NCBI GenBank assembly: GCA_950097015.1 | Contig: CATNEN010000001.1 | Span: 16,616,001-16,680,000 of the forward strand | DNA from: Macrostomum hystrix | Lineage: Eukaryota; Animalia; Platyhelminthes | Direction of reading: 5' to 3' | DNA: 64,000 bases | Shown: positions 42,998 through 55,596 of the stretch, piece after piece | Layout: each line of letters opens with the position of its first letter | Position numbering within the stretch: the stretch's first letter is position 1 | Translations under genes and position numbers: made by a program | The notes under the pieces: generated by a model | Databases searched by the model: none | Told to the model about the DNA's origin: nothing | The model's input: only the letters and a program-made list of their open reading frames with translations

Positions 42998-43444
42998 TCT
43001 CAGCCTAATATTTTAGTCAACGCGATTAAGACCAGTTTAAGTTTGGCTAAAAAGCCAAAGCAGGACAGAAAAAGTTCAAATAAATAAAAAATAAATCTAA
43101 TTATTAGCTGGTTGATATTAATAAACTGTCAATAACGAATGGAAAACAATGGCTAGGAAATCACTTGACCCTCAACACAAAGGCTGGTGACCTCGAATGT
43201 TCTAAACGAGTCCCTTGTGCCACGGCTGGTTGAAAAACAAAACCGCAGAGAGACAGATGCTACCGTCGTCTTGACGGCCGTCTTGGCGGGTGGAGTAACT
43301 ATTTTTAAGGCGAGAAGATCAGGGCGAGAAAAATATCTTAATAACAAGCGGGGTAACACTGGACAGTCTTATTCTCTCCTTATTGAGTCCCGAGTTTGTG
43401 ACACGGGTGGGTTGAGCACGGACCAATGCTGCTCAAGCCGGCGG

Positions 43445-43450
43445 CACGTG
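43445..43450. promoter_or_regulatory. Canonical E-box CACGTG ~450 bp upstream of cwo-like ATG
   Basis: GGCACGTGCG; a second CACGTG lies at 45374-45379. Function is inferred only. Confidence 0.3.
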
Positions 43451-43718
43451 CGAGTGGTTTCTGAGTGGGCGCAACATTCTCTCTTTCTCTTGGATTTTGT
43501 TTTCAAAGTTCTGGCCCTGTTGTAAAATAAGCAGCAACAATACACCCATCTGCTTTTGTTCCTGTGTAATTTAGCTGAAAGACAGTTTCTAACACTGTGT
43601 GAAACTATGAATACCGCACTGAAAAATATAAATATTTCTCATTAAAATAAGTACATCTTGCAGTTTTCAGTGTGCCTTCTTGCAGTTGTCGTAATCGTTT
43701 CATCTTTATTGCTTTTGG

Positions 43719-45012
43719 GGATTGATGCTACTCAGGTGAGGATTGATGTTAGTCAGGTGAGGATTGATGCTACTCAGGTGAGGATTGATGTTAGTCAGGT
43801 GAGGATTGATGCTACTCAGGTGAGGATTGATGCTACTCAGGTGAGGATTGATGTTAGTCAGGTGAGGATTGATGTTAGTCAGGTGAGGATTGATGTTAGT
43901 CAGGTGAGGATTGATGCTACTCAGGTGAGGATTGATGTTAGTCAGGTGAGGATTGATGTTAGTCAGGTGAGGATTGATGCTAGTCAGGTAAGGATTGATG
44001 TTAGTCAGGTGAGGATTGATGCTAGTCAGGTGAGGATTGATGTTAATCAGGTGAGGATTGATGCTTAGTCAGGTGAGGATTGATGCTTAGTCAGGTGAGG
44101 ATTGATGCTTAGTCAGGTGAGGATTGATGCTTAGTCAGGTGAGGATTGATGCTAGTCAGGTGGGGATTGATGATAGTCAGGTGAGGATTGATGCTAGTCA
44201 GGTGAGGATTGATGCTAGTCAGGTGAGGATTGATGTTAGTCAGGTGAGGATTGATGCTAGTCAGGTGAGGATTGATGTCAGGCAGGTGAGGATTGATGCT
44301 AGTCAGGTGAGGATTGATGCTAGTCAGGTGAGGATTGATGTCAGGCAGGTGAGGATTGATGCTAGTCAGGTGAGGATTGATGCTAGTCAGGTGAGGATTG
44401 ATGTTAGTCAGGTGAGGATTGATGCTAGTCAGGTGAGGATTGATGTTAGTCAGGTGAGGATTGATGTCAGGCAGGTGAGGATTGATGTTAGGCAGGTGAG
44501 GATTGATGTTAGGCAGGTGAGGATTGATGCTAGTCAGGTGAGGATTGATGTTAGGCAGGTGAGGATTGATGCTAGTCAGGTGAGGATTGATGTTAGGCAG
44601 GTGAGGATTGATGTTAGGCAGGTGAGGATTGATGTTAGGCAGGTGAGGATTGATGCTAGTCAGGTGAGGATTGATGTTAGGCAGGTGAGGATTGATGTTA
44701 GGCAGGTGAGGATTGATGCTAGTCAGGTGAGGATTGATGTTAGGCAGGTGAGGATTGATGTTAGTCAGGTGAGGATTGATGCTAGTCAGGTGAGGATTGA
44801 TGCTAGTCAGGTGAGGATTGATGTTAGGCAGGTGAGGATTGATGTTAGTCAGGTGAGGATTGATGTTAGTCAGGTGAGGATTGATGCTTAGTCAGGTGAG
44901 GATTGATGCTAGTCAGGTGAGGATTGATGCTAGTCAGGTGAGGATTGATGTTAGGCAGGTGAGGATTGATGCTAGTCAGGTGAGGATTGATGTTTAGTCA
45001 GGTGAGGATTGA
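43719..45012. repeat. 21-bp minisatellite (GATTGATGCTAGTCAGGTGAG)n
   Basis: About 61 units. Confidence 0.96.
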
Positions 45013-45799
45013 CAGTGAAAGGTGTGAGGATCCGAGACTAATAAAGGAGATACTTAAGTGCTGCCTCTAATACTCTGAGAGCATTGCCAAGCGAAATAAG
45101 CTGTGCTATGCGCCAGCTGTGTGTTAAGTGTGGCCATTACTCAGTGCCAACCCGAACCCTCGCATATTTGACAACACAAACTTATTAGCTATTGAGGTTA
45201 GATATAAACTCGAGACTTTGACAGAAGAACTCAAGCAACTCAGTTGCAGATGCAGTGTGTCTGTGTGTGTGTGGGTTTCTGCTCGTGGCCTCAACTCGTG
45301 CGTCAGAATTAATACAACGTAATATCTCTGTGAATATCGCTCCATTTAAGATGGAAAGAAAGATTGAGAATATCACGTGCGATGCTGCGGCTATGAAACG
45401 AGGAGAACGTGTGAAAATGTGCACCGTAAGGCTGCTGCTGCTGCTGGTCTATTTTTAGCCCCTGTGAGAAGCTAGCAGCTGTCTAGATTGGAATGCCATG
45501 GTTACTGGAATGCAACTCAACTCAACTATTGTAGCGAGTAGCATGTGAGATGAACAATAGTTGCACTTGATTACATGGCATTTGATAAAAGTAAACAGCG
45601 TAGCTTCAAGACTCGATCACGCTTTTTGTTGTGTTAGAGTGATTGCGAGTAATTGATAAAACAAATAAAAACAAATACTCGAAACAAGCCTCGACTTAGA
45701 ACAATGTTCTCTAACGTTCTCTAACACGAGGGAATCAAAAGAGCTGACAATAATTTAAAAGGCATTCTTCACTCTGTGAATTCACATTTAATGTATCTC

Positions 45800-47750
45800 G
45801 ATGAGTAGCTGTCCATAACCTGAGGATCTGGATGAGTAGCTGTCCACAACCTGAGGATCTGGATGAGTAGCTGTCCATAACCTGAGGATCTAGATGAGTA
45901 GCAGTCAATAACCTGAGGATCTGGATGAGTAGCTGTCCATAACCTGAGGATCTGGATGAGTAGCTGTCCATAACCTGAGGATCTGGATGAGTAGCTGTCC
46001 ACAACCTGAGGATCTGGATGAGTAGCTGTCCATAACCTGAGGATCTGGATGAGTAGCAGTCAATAACCTGAGGATCTGGATGAGTAGCTGTCCACAACCT
46101 GAGGATCTGGATGAGTAGCTGTCCATAACCTGAGGATCTGGATGAGTAGCTGTCCACAACCTGAGGATCTGGATGAGTAGCTGTCCATAACCTGAGGATC
46201 TGGATGAGTAGCTGTCCACAACCTGAGGATCTAGATGAGTTTGAGTAGCTGTCCATAACCTGAGGATCTGGATGAGTAGCTGTCCACAACCTGAGGATCT
46301 GGATGAGTAGCTGTCCACAACCTGAGGATCTGGATGAGTAGCTGTCCACAACCTGAGGATCTGGATGGGTTTGAGTAGCTGTCCACAACCTGAGGATCTG
46401 GATGAGTAGCTGTCCACAACCTGAGGATCTGGATGAGTAGCTGTCCACAACCTGAGGATCTGGATGGGTTTGAGTAGCTGTCCATAACCTGAGGATATGG
46501 ATGAGTAGCTGTCCACAACCTGAGGATCTGGATGGGTTTGAGTAGCTGTCCATAACCTGAGGATATGGATGAGTAGCTGTTCATAACCTGAGGATCTGGA
46601 TGAGTAGCTGTCCATAACCTGAGGATCTAGATGAGTTTGAGTAGCTGTCCATAACCTGAGGATCTGGATGAGTAGCAGTCCATAACCTGAGGATCTGGAT
46701 GAGTTAGTAGCTGTCCATAACCTGAGGATCTGGATGAGTAGCTGTCCATAACCTGAGGATCTGGATGAGTTAGTAGCTGTCCACAACCTGAGGATCTGGA
46801 TGAGTAGCAGTCCACAACCTGAGGATCTGGATGAGTAGCTGTCCATAACCTGAGGATCTGGATGAGTAGCTGTCCACAACCTGAGGATCTGGATGAGTAG
46901 CTGTCCACAACCTGAGGATCTCGATGAGTAGCTGTCCATAACCTGAGGATCTGGATGAGTAGCTGTCCATAACCTGAGGATCTGGATGATTAGCAGTCCA
47001 CAACCTGAGGATCTGGATGAGTAGCTGTCCATAACCTGAGGATCTGGATGAGTAGCTGTCCATAACCTGAGGATCTGGATGAGTAGCTGTCCATAACCTG
47101 AGGATCTGGATGAGTAGCTGTCCATAACCTGAGGATCTGGATGAGTAGCTGTCCACAACCTGAGGATCTGGATGAGTAGCTGTCCATAACCTGAGGATCT
47201 GGATGAGTAGCTGTCCATAACCTGAGGATCTAGATGAGTTTGAGTAGCTGTCCATAACCTGAGGATCTGGATGAGTTAGTAGCTGTCCACAACCTGAGGA
47301 TCTGGATGAGTTAGTAGCTGTCCATAACCTGAGGATCTGGATGAGTAGCTGTCCATAACCTGAGGATCTGGATGAGTTAGTAGCTGTCCACAACCTGAGG
47401 ATCTGGATGAGTAGCTGTCCACAACCTGAGGATCTGGATGAGTAGCTGTCTATAACCTGAGGATCTGGATGAGTAGCTGTCCACAACCTGAGGATCTGGA
47501 TGAGTAGCTGTCCATAACCTGAGGATCTGGATGAGTAGCTGTCCATAACCTGAGGATCTGGATGAGTAGCTGTCCATAACCTGAGGATCTGGATGAGTAG
47601 CTGTCCATAACCTGAGGATCTAGATGAGTTTGAGTAGCTGTCCATAACCTGAGGATCTAGATGGGTTTGAGTAGCTGTCCATAACCTGAGGATCTGGATG
47701 AGTAGCTGTCCACAACCTGAGGATCTGGATGAGTAGCTGTCCACAACCTG
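45800..47750. repeat. 31-bp minisatellite (GATGAGTAGCTGTCCATAACCTGAGGATCTG)n
   Basis: About 60 units with recurrent 4-6-bp insertion variants. Confidence 0.96.
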
Positions 47751-48349
47751 ATAGATAAATAGATGAGTAGTTATCTAAATTAGGTCAAACCAGGAGACAT
47801 AAAAATGCCGATAAAATTTTTTGCTGAAAATTCATAGCAGGGAAACAAACAGTGAAAATTCAATGCAGTGTTACTGGTTATTGCAGTAACATTTCATAAG
47901 TTTAGAGTGTATTTCAGAGCGACGAATGTTAAAACTGATTTTCATTTAATTCCAGCTGCAACCACAGCCGACTTATACTACTTAATAATGAGTAGCATGA
48001 CAAGTAGATGATTGATTTGACAAGCAGAATATTTGTACAATAAGTCAGGCACAATAGCTTTGCACCTTATACACAACAAGAAAAATGTTAACTAAGAACA
48101 GTGGCAGCAAGGTATAGTTACAAAAATGCTTCAGAAAGTTATGCCCAACAAAGAACAAGAAAAATACTTTCCCAAATATAATTACAACTTTTATAAAACC
48201 ACAAAATGGGCAATTTGAAAGGTAAAAGTGGCTTTTAAATAGAAGTTAACCAGAGCAACGCAAGCCCTACTTGGAAGCAGAGAGACCATAAGGGCATTTT
48301 AAATAGGTCCACATATTTATTTTTCCAAAAATATTCTTTGGAAAGGGAT

Positions 48350-48920
48350 AGAGATAAGGACCTGAACACTCCCATGATTATCCTGCAATTTATTGGAACC
48401 CCTTCGATGATTTTTAAGAAACAACTTGAAAAGATTTTCCGTAAATGGTTTGACTCTGATATCAAGGTCATCTTTCGAACCGAAAATATTTCGCGTTTTG
48501 TTAGCAGATTGAAATCCCGTGTTCCAAGGCCACTTGTTGCAGGTGTCGTGTACCAATTCAATTGTTCTGTGGATCAGAATTGAACTGTTCAAAGTTGTTG
48601 ACACGTGTAGGCAAGATTACAAACTGACCATTCTTGAAGCCATGTACATCAAGGCCCTCAAGCCAAAATTTAATGTCCAATTAGCGGGGAACGGTGCAAG
48701 CCAACAGCTCCAAGTGTTCTGACGTATGAGGCACGCTCTCTCTGCGCTGTGTGTGCTTTCCTCTCCAACCTTTTGATCATGGTTCGCCTTTTGACCTGTC
48801 CATCGGACTTTAACTCACAATGTACAACAACCTACTTTTAAACACCTGCGTTTTCGTTTTTCAATAAATCGACACTGACGATGTACGCTTAGGACGAAAA
48901 GCTTCGGAATTTTAAACATA
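48350..48920 (+). mobile_element. Penelope-like retroelement 3' fragment (post-RT linker / GIY-YIG remnant, internally deleted)
   Basis: IKVIFRT..LKSRVPRPLVAGVVYQFNCS is followed, in another frame, by FKVVD..KLTILEAMYIKALKPKFNVQ..LQVF, typical of the PLE GIY-YIG end. The YIG segment is missing. A 3' hammerhead-type motif follows. Confidence 0.8.
48868..48912 (+). ncRNA. Minimal type-I hammerhead ribozyme-like motif (probably degenerate)
   Basis: CTGACGA(T) at 48875, imperfect stem II GTAC...GGAC, GAAA at 48896, palindromic AAGCTT stem III, then C at 48905. Stem I pairing is poor. Confidence 0.55.
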
Positions 48921-49128
48921 TGTTGGCAATTTCATTTCTGTTCTTTGACAAGAATCGGTGAATATCTCGACCAGGCTAACTCGGACGGCTTTGAAAGTGA
49001 GTTCATAGAAAAAAACGGAAAATTTTAATCCACATGGTAGAGTTTCACGAAAACCGGTCATTCGGTTTGGGAGCTATCGTGGAGTAGGCAGCGGGCCTTT
49101 TGAACTACCCCCTGTGGTCTCTCTACTA

Positions 49129-49639
49129 TTAAAGCATTTCGCCGATATCTGTCCGAGCCTGTTTACTCGAGTCACAACCGGCACCGCCGCCACCAACCCT
49201 AGCTAGGAAGGCCATGGCTTTGCGCTTTCGCTCCAACTGTTTGCGGATGTACTGATCTTCGGCTGCGGAGGAAGATGAAGACGGTTCTGCTGTTGGCTGA
49301 CTGGCCATTGCCACTGGCTGCTGCTTCTGTTGCTGCTGCTGCTTGAGGACCATATGGCACTCGTACAGCCTGCCGCACTGCATCAGATAATACGGATGAT
49401 GCGGATGCTGCGGCTGTAAAAAATCGAACCTCGGATCTCCGCGGGCTCTAACAACAGCCTCAAAGTCGGTGCCATTTCGCTGCACATAGGCTGCGAGCTT
49501 GTCGATGATGAGTCGACTCTCTTCACAATCGGGCTGCTCAACTGACCATTGCGGCGCTTCAACTATGGACTCATCACCGATTGAAGTATTAGCCAAGGTT
49601 GAGGACTGCTCGCTTGGGATCATGGCAGATGAAGGCGGC

Positions 49640-49671
<32 letters not shown>

Positions 49672-52600
49672 CGGCAGCGGCTGAGAGACCTGCTGCTGCT
49701 GCTGCTGTGGTCTAAGGTCTTCTTCTTGTTCGAGCTGCCTCAAACGAAATTGCTCCAATAATTTGGCGTATGAAGTGCCAGCGGTGCTCACTTTTGGTAT
49801 TGGAAATTCAGCGGCGACGGAGACTGAGGCGGCTGACGAAGTTGGCTGATGCTCAGGAGCGAGGTTCATTGGTCTGGTAATAAATTGGTAAATTTAATTT
49901 GTATTCGCGAGTAACTTAACTTGTTTCTTAGGCGCTCAACAGGTGGACTAGGGATTTTTAACAGGTGGATTAATAGCTGTTGAAAAGGTGGATTAGGGAT
50001 AGTTAAACAGGTGGATTAGGGATTGTTGAACAGGTGATCTGGCGATTGTTCAACAGGTGGATTAGGGGTTGTCTAACATGTGGATTAGGGATTGTCTAAC
50101 ATGTGGATTAGGGATTGTCTAACAGGTGGATTAGGGATTGTTTAACAGGTAGATTAGGGATTGTTTAACGAGTGGATTAGGGATTATTTACCAGGTGGAT
50201 TAGGGATTGTTTAGCAGGTGGATTAGGGATTGTTTAGCAGGTGGATTAGGGATTGTTTAGCAGGTGGATTAGGGATTGTTTAGCAGGTGGATTAGGGATT
50301 GTTTAGCAGGTGGATTAGGGATTGTTTAGCAGGTGGATTAGGGATTGTTTAACAGGTGGATCAGGGATTGTTTAGCAGGTGGATTAGGGATTGTTTAACA
50401 GGTGGATCAGGGATTGTTTAGCAGGTGGATTAGGGATTGTTTAGCAGGTGGATTAGGGATTGTTTAGCAGGTGGATTAGGGATTGTTTAGCAGGTGGAAT
50501 AGGGATTGTTTAGCAGGTGGATTAGGGATTGTTTAACAGGTGGATTAGGGATTGTTTAGCAGGTGGAATAGGGATTGTTTAGCAGGTGGATTAGGGATTG
50601 TTTAGCAGGTGGATTAGGGATTGTTTAGCAGGTGGATTAGGGATTGTTTAGCAGGTGGATTAGGGATTGTTTAGCAGGTGGATTAGGGATTGTTTAGCAG
50701 GTGGATTAGGGATTGTTTAGCAGGTGGATTAGGGATTGTTTAGCAGGTGGATTAGGGATTGTTTAGCAGGTGGATTAGGGATTGTTTAGCAGGTGGATTA
50801 GGGATTGTTTAGCAGGTGGATTAGGGATTGTTTAACAGGTGGATCAGGGATTGTTTAGCAGGTGGATTAGGGATTGTTTAGCAGGTGGATTAGGGATTGT
50901 TTAGCAGGTGGATTAGGGATTGTTTAGCAGGTGGATTAGGGATTGTTTAGCAGGTGGATTAGGGATTGTTTAGCAGGTGGATTAGGGATTGTTTAGCAGG
51001 TGGATTAGGGATTGTTTAGCAGGTGGATTAGGGATTGTTTAGCAGGTGGATTAGGGATTGTTTAGCAGGTGGATTAGGGATTGTTTAGCAGGTGGATTAG
51101 GGATTGTTTAGCAGGTGGATTAGGGATTGTTTAGCAGGTGGATTAGGGATTGTTTAACAGGTGGATCAGGGATTGTTTAGCAGGTGGATTAGGGATTGTT
51201 TAACAGGTGGATTAGGGATTGTTTAGCAGGTGGATTAGGGATTGTTTAGCAGGTGGAATAGGGATTGTTTAACACGTGGATTTGGGATTGTGTAACAGGT
51301 GGATCAGGGATTATTTAACAGGTGGATTAGGGATTGTGTAACAGGTGGATCAGGGATTGTTTAACAGGTGGATTAGGGATTGTTTAACAGTGGACTGTAA
51401 GGAATTGTTTAACAGGTGGATTATGGACAGTTTAGCTGGTTTAACGAATATTGAACAGGTGGGCTAGGGATTATTCCCATAATGGGTGAGGGATAATTTA
51501 ACAAAAAAGGCGAATGACTAACTCACTTCGGTGTTGCCAGTGGCACGTAGCGGCCCTGCCGAATGGCATCCAGAACCAGTCGATAATAGGCGTACAACTC
51601 ATCGCCGTAGCTAAGGAAGCGAAAGTTGGCATTAGCGGATTGTTTGGTTTTGAGTACAATCTCCATCTGGGGACCGTGCTTAGCCAGAAACTGGGCAGTC
51701 TTGTCTATAATGGCGCCCTGCCTACGGCTGGTTGGTAGGCGCATGTCGACTGGCACATCCAGGTTGATCGGCAGCGTGAACGGCTCGTCAACTGCGCCGC
51801 TAGACTCGTCATCGTCATCGTCAGGAGTTGCAGCCGCAGCCGAGACAGGCGCCTCCGCTGAGGCTTGGTCGTTTATTGAACCGCAGTTACTACTGTTTTG
51901 CGCGGTATTACTGTGAGTAGTAGCGACTGTACTATTGCTAGAGTCATTGCTATCGTCGTAGCTGAAGGCTACCTGATTGAATGAGGCTCCTCTACTGATT
52001 GATGAAGAAGACTTGATGGACATGGACAGGCGCTTCTGTTGCTCCTCTGTGGGAAAATTCCAGTTGACCAATAAGTATTGAAAGCAACTGGCTGATAAAT
52101 AGTAATTACACAGCTGAATTGATTTTGTCAAGTGCAGCGATGGAAATAGAAAAACAGAAACTAATATTGATACCCAAATTCCAATAGAGCAACTTAGTAT
52201 AATTAGAGTCACAAGACTGTAAAGTTTCATCAACTTTCACCAATCTGCATCTGCTTATGACAGTCACCCATTCCCCATGTATGCATTGAGCTTTTAAAAT
52301 AGTCTCAGTGGGGTCTCCATTAAGAATTAACTATATTCAACTTGTGGTTGTGAGAAATTGGAGAACTGTGATTGGGTAGCCTTTGTTTAAAAGTTGCCTA
52401 ACTGACTAGTAGGATAGTAGCTGTGTGTTATAATCCAATGAACTATAGCCTATCTCTTAACTTTCTTCTAAAAAGTACATATTTAATTCATACTTCATTT
52501 AATCTAATTAATCAGTTTTTAAAACATTTTAACACAAACATTTTTTAAAGAACTGTCAAACTTCATATTTCTTAACAAATGAAAATTAGAGAGCAAAAAA

Positions 52601-53449
52601 TTAAAATTATAAACTTTTATAAGTTTTTTTATTTAAATTTACATTTTTAAATAATAAATTTTTATAATTATAAAAATTATAACTTAAGGCAGTGGCACCT
52701 CATTTTGTCACTTGTGACTAGAGACCCATGGCCAGAAAGAGTATATTTTTCTATTCCACTCCATTCATACAGGTGTACATCCACCTTGATTTTCTCATCA
52801 TCAGGGCAGTGTACACTCACTGTTTCTTGGGGGTTGGCACTCGAGGGCTGAATTGGGACAAGCCAAAGCCTCCAAGCCTTTACTTAGCAAATGAGCCTCA
52901 AATTAATGTGGCCTTGCTGGAGTGGAGTCAAGCTCAGGGTATCAACAAGGAATAAAAAGTATAAAAGTGTGAAACACTTACCTTCTAGCAATTGACAGTG
53001 TTGCCAGTTTTCATCCAACTCCTGATACCGTTCCTTGTCTAGTTCATCCTTCAAACGGGTTTCTTCATCATCATTGGAGGTAACAGTGTTAGTTCTGCTA
53101 TTTTGACTGTCTGGCAAATCATTAAGACATCCACGGACATCAAATCTAAAAGGAACATTTTAGCAAAGTTTTTGTTCTTGTCAAAAGAAAACAAAAATAA
53201 ATTTTGCAGATATAAAACTAGGTAGCTTACCTAGCAAACTTACCTATCAATTAAGATATCTTGATCAAGTGCCCATGGGATCAAATACTTTCCAGAATTT
53301 AGATCCAAATATTTTTGACTGTCCTGGTATATATTGCAAGCATAGCCTTGCACACATAGTTTAGAGATATCATCATCTTCCTCATCATCATCATATTCAG
53401 AAAAAAAGTGCAATGCTTCTTTTGTTCCAAATGTGCCAGTCATAGTCAT
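49129..53449 (-). CDS. SFSWAP: Splicing factor suppressor of white-apricot homolog, ~544 aa
   Basis: Exons 53449-53244, 53145-52982, 52046-51527, 49873-49129. DRY_EERY domain (GYACNIY..LIPW..ILIDRFDVR, DKERY), two SURP domains ([21 protein letters not shown]; [21 protein letters not shown]) and [10 protein letters not shown]. Confidence 0.92.
49935..51470. repeat. 23-bp minisatellite (AGGTGGATTAGGGATTGTTTAGC)n, intronic
   Basis: About 65 units, homogeneous in the centre and degenerate at the edges. Confidence 0.96.
52688..52940 (-). mobile_element. Old diverged SINE family A copy, intronic
   Basis: CAGGTGTACATC..TTTCTCATCATCAGGGCAGTGTACAC..AATGTGGCCT is similar to the family. Confidence 0.65.
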
Positions 53450-55596
53450 ATTATATTAATTAATAGTTAGGCTACACTTTGAAAGTAGTGGCAAAATCAT
53501 AGCTTCCGAAGTAAAGTACAGATCAAGGTTTGCATGACATAGCTATATTAAGTGTTAAGAAAATCATGCTGGTCTTAGCTTAGCTTAGGTTAGCTACTTT
53601 TCGGCGTTTTTGCTAGTTTCTGATACAGATATTCGAAGTTAAGTAGGCCCAGTCAAATATCAGATTTCGTAAGCGATGTTTAGCTAACTGAATTATCAAA
53701 GGCTTATGCATGCATTCAAATACGGACACAACTTAAAATGCTGCAAATCGAAAAACCACTCAATTAGCTTTTTCCGTGAAATAACAAAGAATCTGTAAAA
53801 AATGATGTATGATGAATAAAAGAAAACTTCGATCAACCGTTCAAAATATAGCCTGTATCTAATTTTTATTATTAAAACAAAAACAATTAAACATTTTATT
53901 CATATACTTAGAAAATAATAAAAGTAAAGCGACAAGACATAGGCTGTTTCAATTTTATATCTTTTTTAAAAGCGTATGAAAAGGTTTCAATAAGCCTTTA
54001 GATAATCAGTAATTCGCACCGCACTTAATTAATTTTTTATAAAAAACTGAGATTTTATAGAAAGTATACGAATTTCAATAGATAAATATTCTATATCTGT
54101 CCTTCTTTGCTTGTCAGCTTGCTGTAGTGCTAGCTACTTAAAGAAAATGAGATTATTATGAGAATAATTTTTTCGACAACTTGTATCTTTAGAATTTGAG
54201 ATGCATCATTTTATATCTGAAATAAATAAAAAAGCTTAGCTTTAAAAACATAAACGTGCAGCCATTGAAAACCTTATAGGGTATATTAATCTTTTTTAAT
54301 AACAATTTTGTAACTCAAGCTTTAAAGAAAAAATGTATTCTCACTTTTTCATCTTCATTGTAAGTTGTAACAAGTGCAACACTTGCCAATATACCAGAAA
54401 AAATATCATACAATATTTCTGATTTGATGCAAAACAAAATAAAAAACTGTAATATATTAAAATGCAAAAAATTGTATACAAAAGTTTTTGGTCATGTTAT
54501 GTAACTGCTACAACTTTTTTCTGTTTAAATTATAGTATTCTATTTTTTGTTATTCTTTATTTGTAATTGTAGCTCTGTTTATTCAAGTGAAAACAATAAA
54601 ACAAATTAACAGATTTTTATGTTAATGTGCACTGGCAGCTAAGTTGCTTTTTTAGTTCAGTCTGTTACAACAACATTGTGATGTGCAAATTTTTTATTTA
54701 TGTGCTGATGTAGGTCATAGGATTTAACATGTCTAGACCTGGACTGTGTACTATGCATATGACTTAAAGGGTTATCTATGACAGCTTTTAGGACCTTTGG
54801 ATTTAAATAATAGTAATATACTTGTTCAGATACTCAGATTTAACTTAAACACTTCTGTGTGACAAAGGGCATTAGCACCAAATTCAAGGTGCACTTTAAC
54901 AAAGGTCTGCATTGATTTTTTACTTCCTCATTGACATTGGCATTAAGTCATAAAGTGGCTCTAAGTCTACTTAGACCCAAACTCTAAGGGGTTCTTTCAT
55001 TGTCTAATTTTTGTCTTTTTTGGCTCAATTTTAAATGGTGTCTGTAGCTCCATTAAGGTTGAATCTTGCTTAATCTCTCATGTTGGCTATGGTATACTTA
55101 TTGACACAATTGAAGGAAATATTTTGTCTAGGACTAGGCAAGGTTCAAATTAGATTTTCAGTGTAATCAGGCTCATTTTTTACTCTTGAATGGTCTTTTA
55201 ACCAAGACAATTCAATTACTAACAACAATATTTATTGGTTAAGTTGGAACTTTTTATTGTTTATTTAAAAATAACTTTGGAGGAGGTCTTGCCTACTGTC
55301 ACTAGTATTATGTGTGCAGTTTATGGAATAATATGTGAACTTAAATGCAAAATAAATTAGCTATCACAGAGTGAAATTCCCAAATATAGGCTCTCCATAT
55401 ATTCTACACTTTTAGCTTGACACTATTAACTCGGGGGTTGGAAGTTTGTTGTCTCTATGTCTTATATTCTGAGGTTAGGGCTAGAAAATGATTTAAATCA
55501 GGGAGGTCTAGAAACTACGGTCACAAGTACTATAGGAGAATTATCTTGAATTATTATACATTAACTCACAATTCTAAATTTCAAAACTTTACAGCA

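Noticed and set aside
45800-47750. CRISPR-like appearance of the 31-bp repeat array
   Set aside because: Units are head-to-tail with no unique spacers, there are no cas genes, and the context is eukaryotic.
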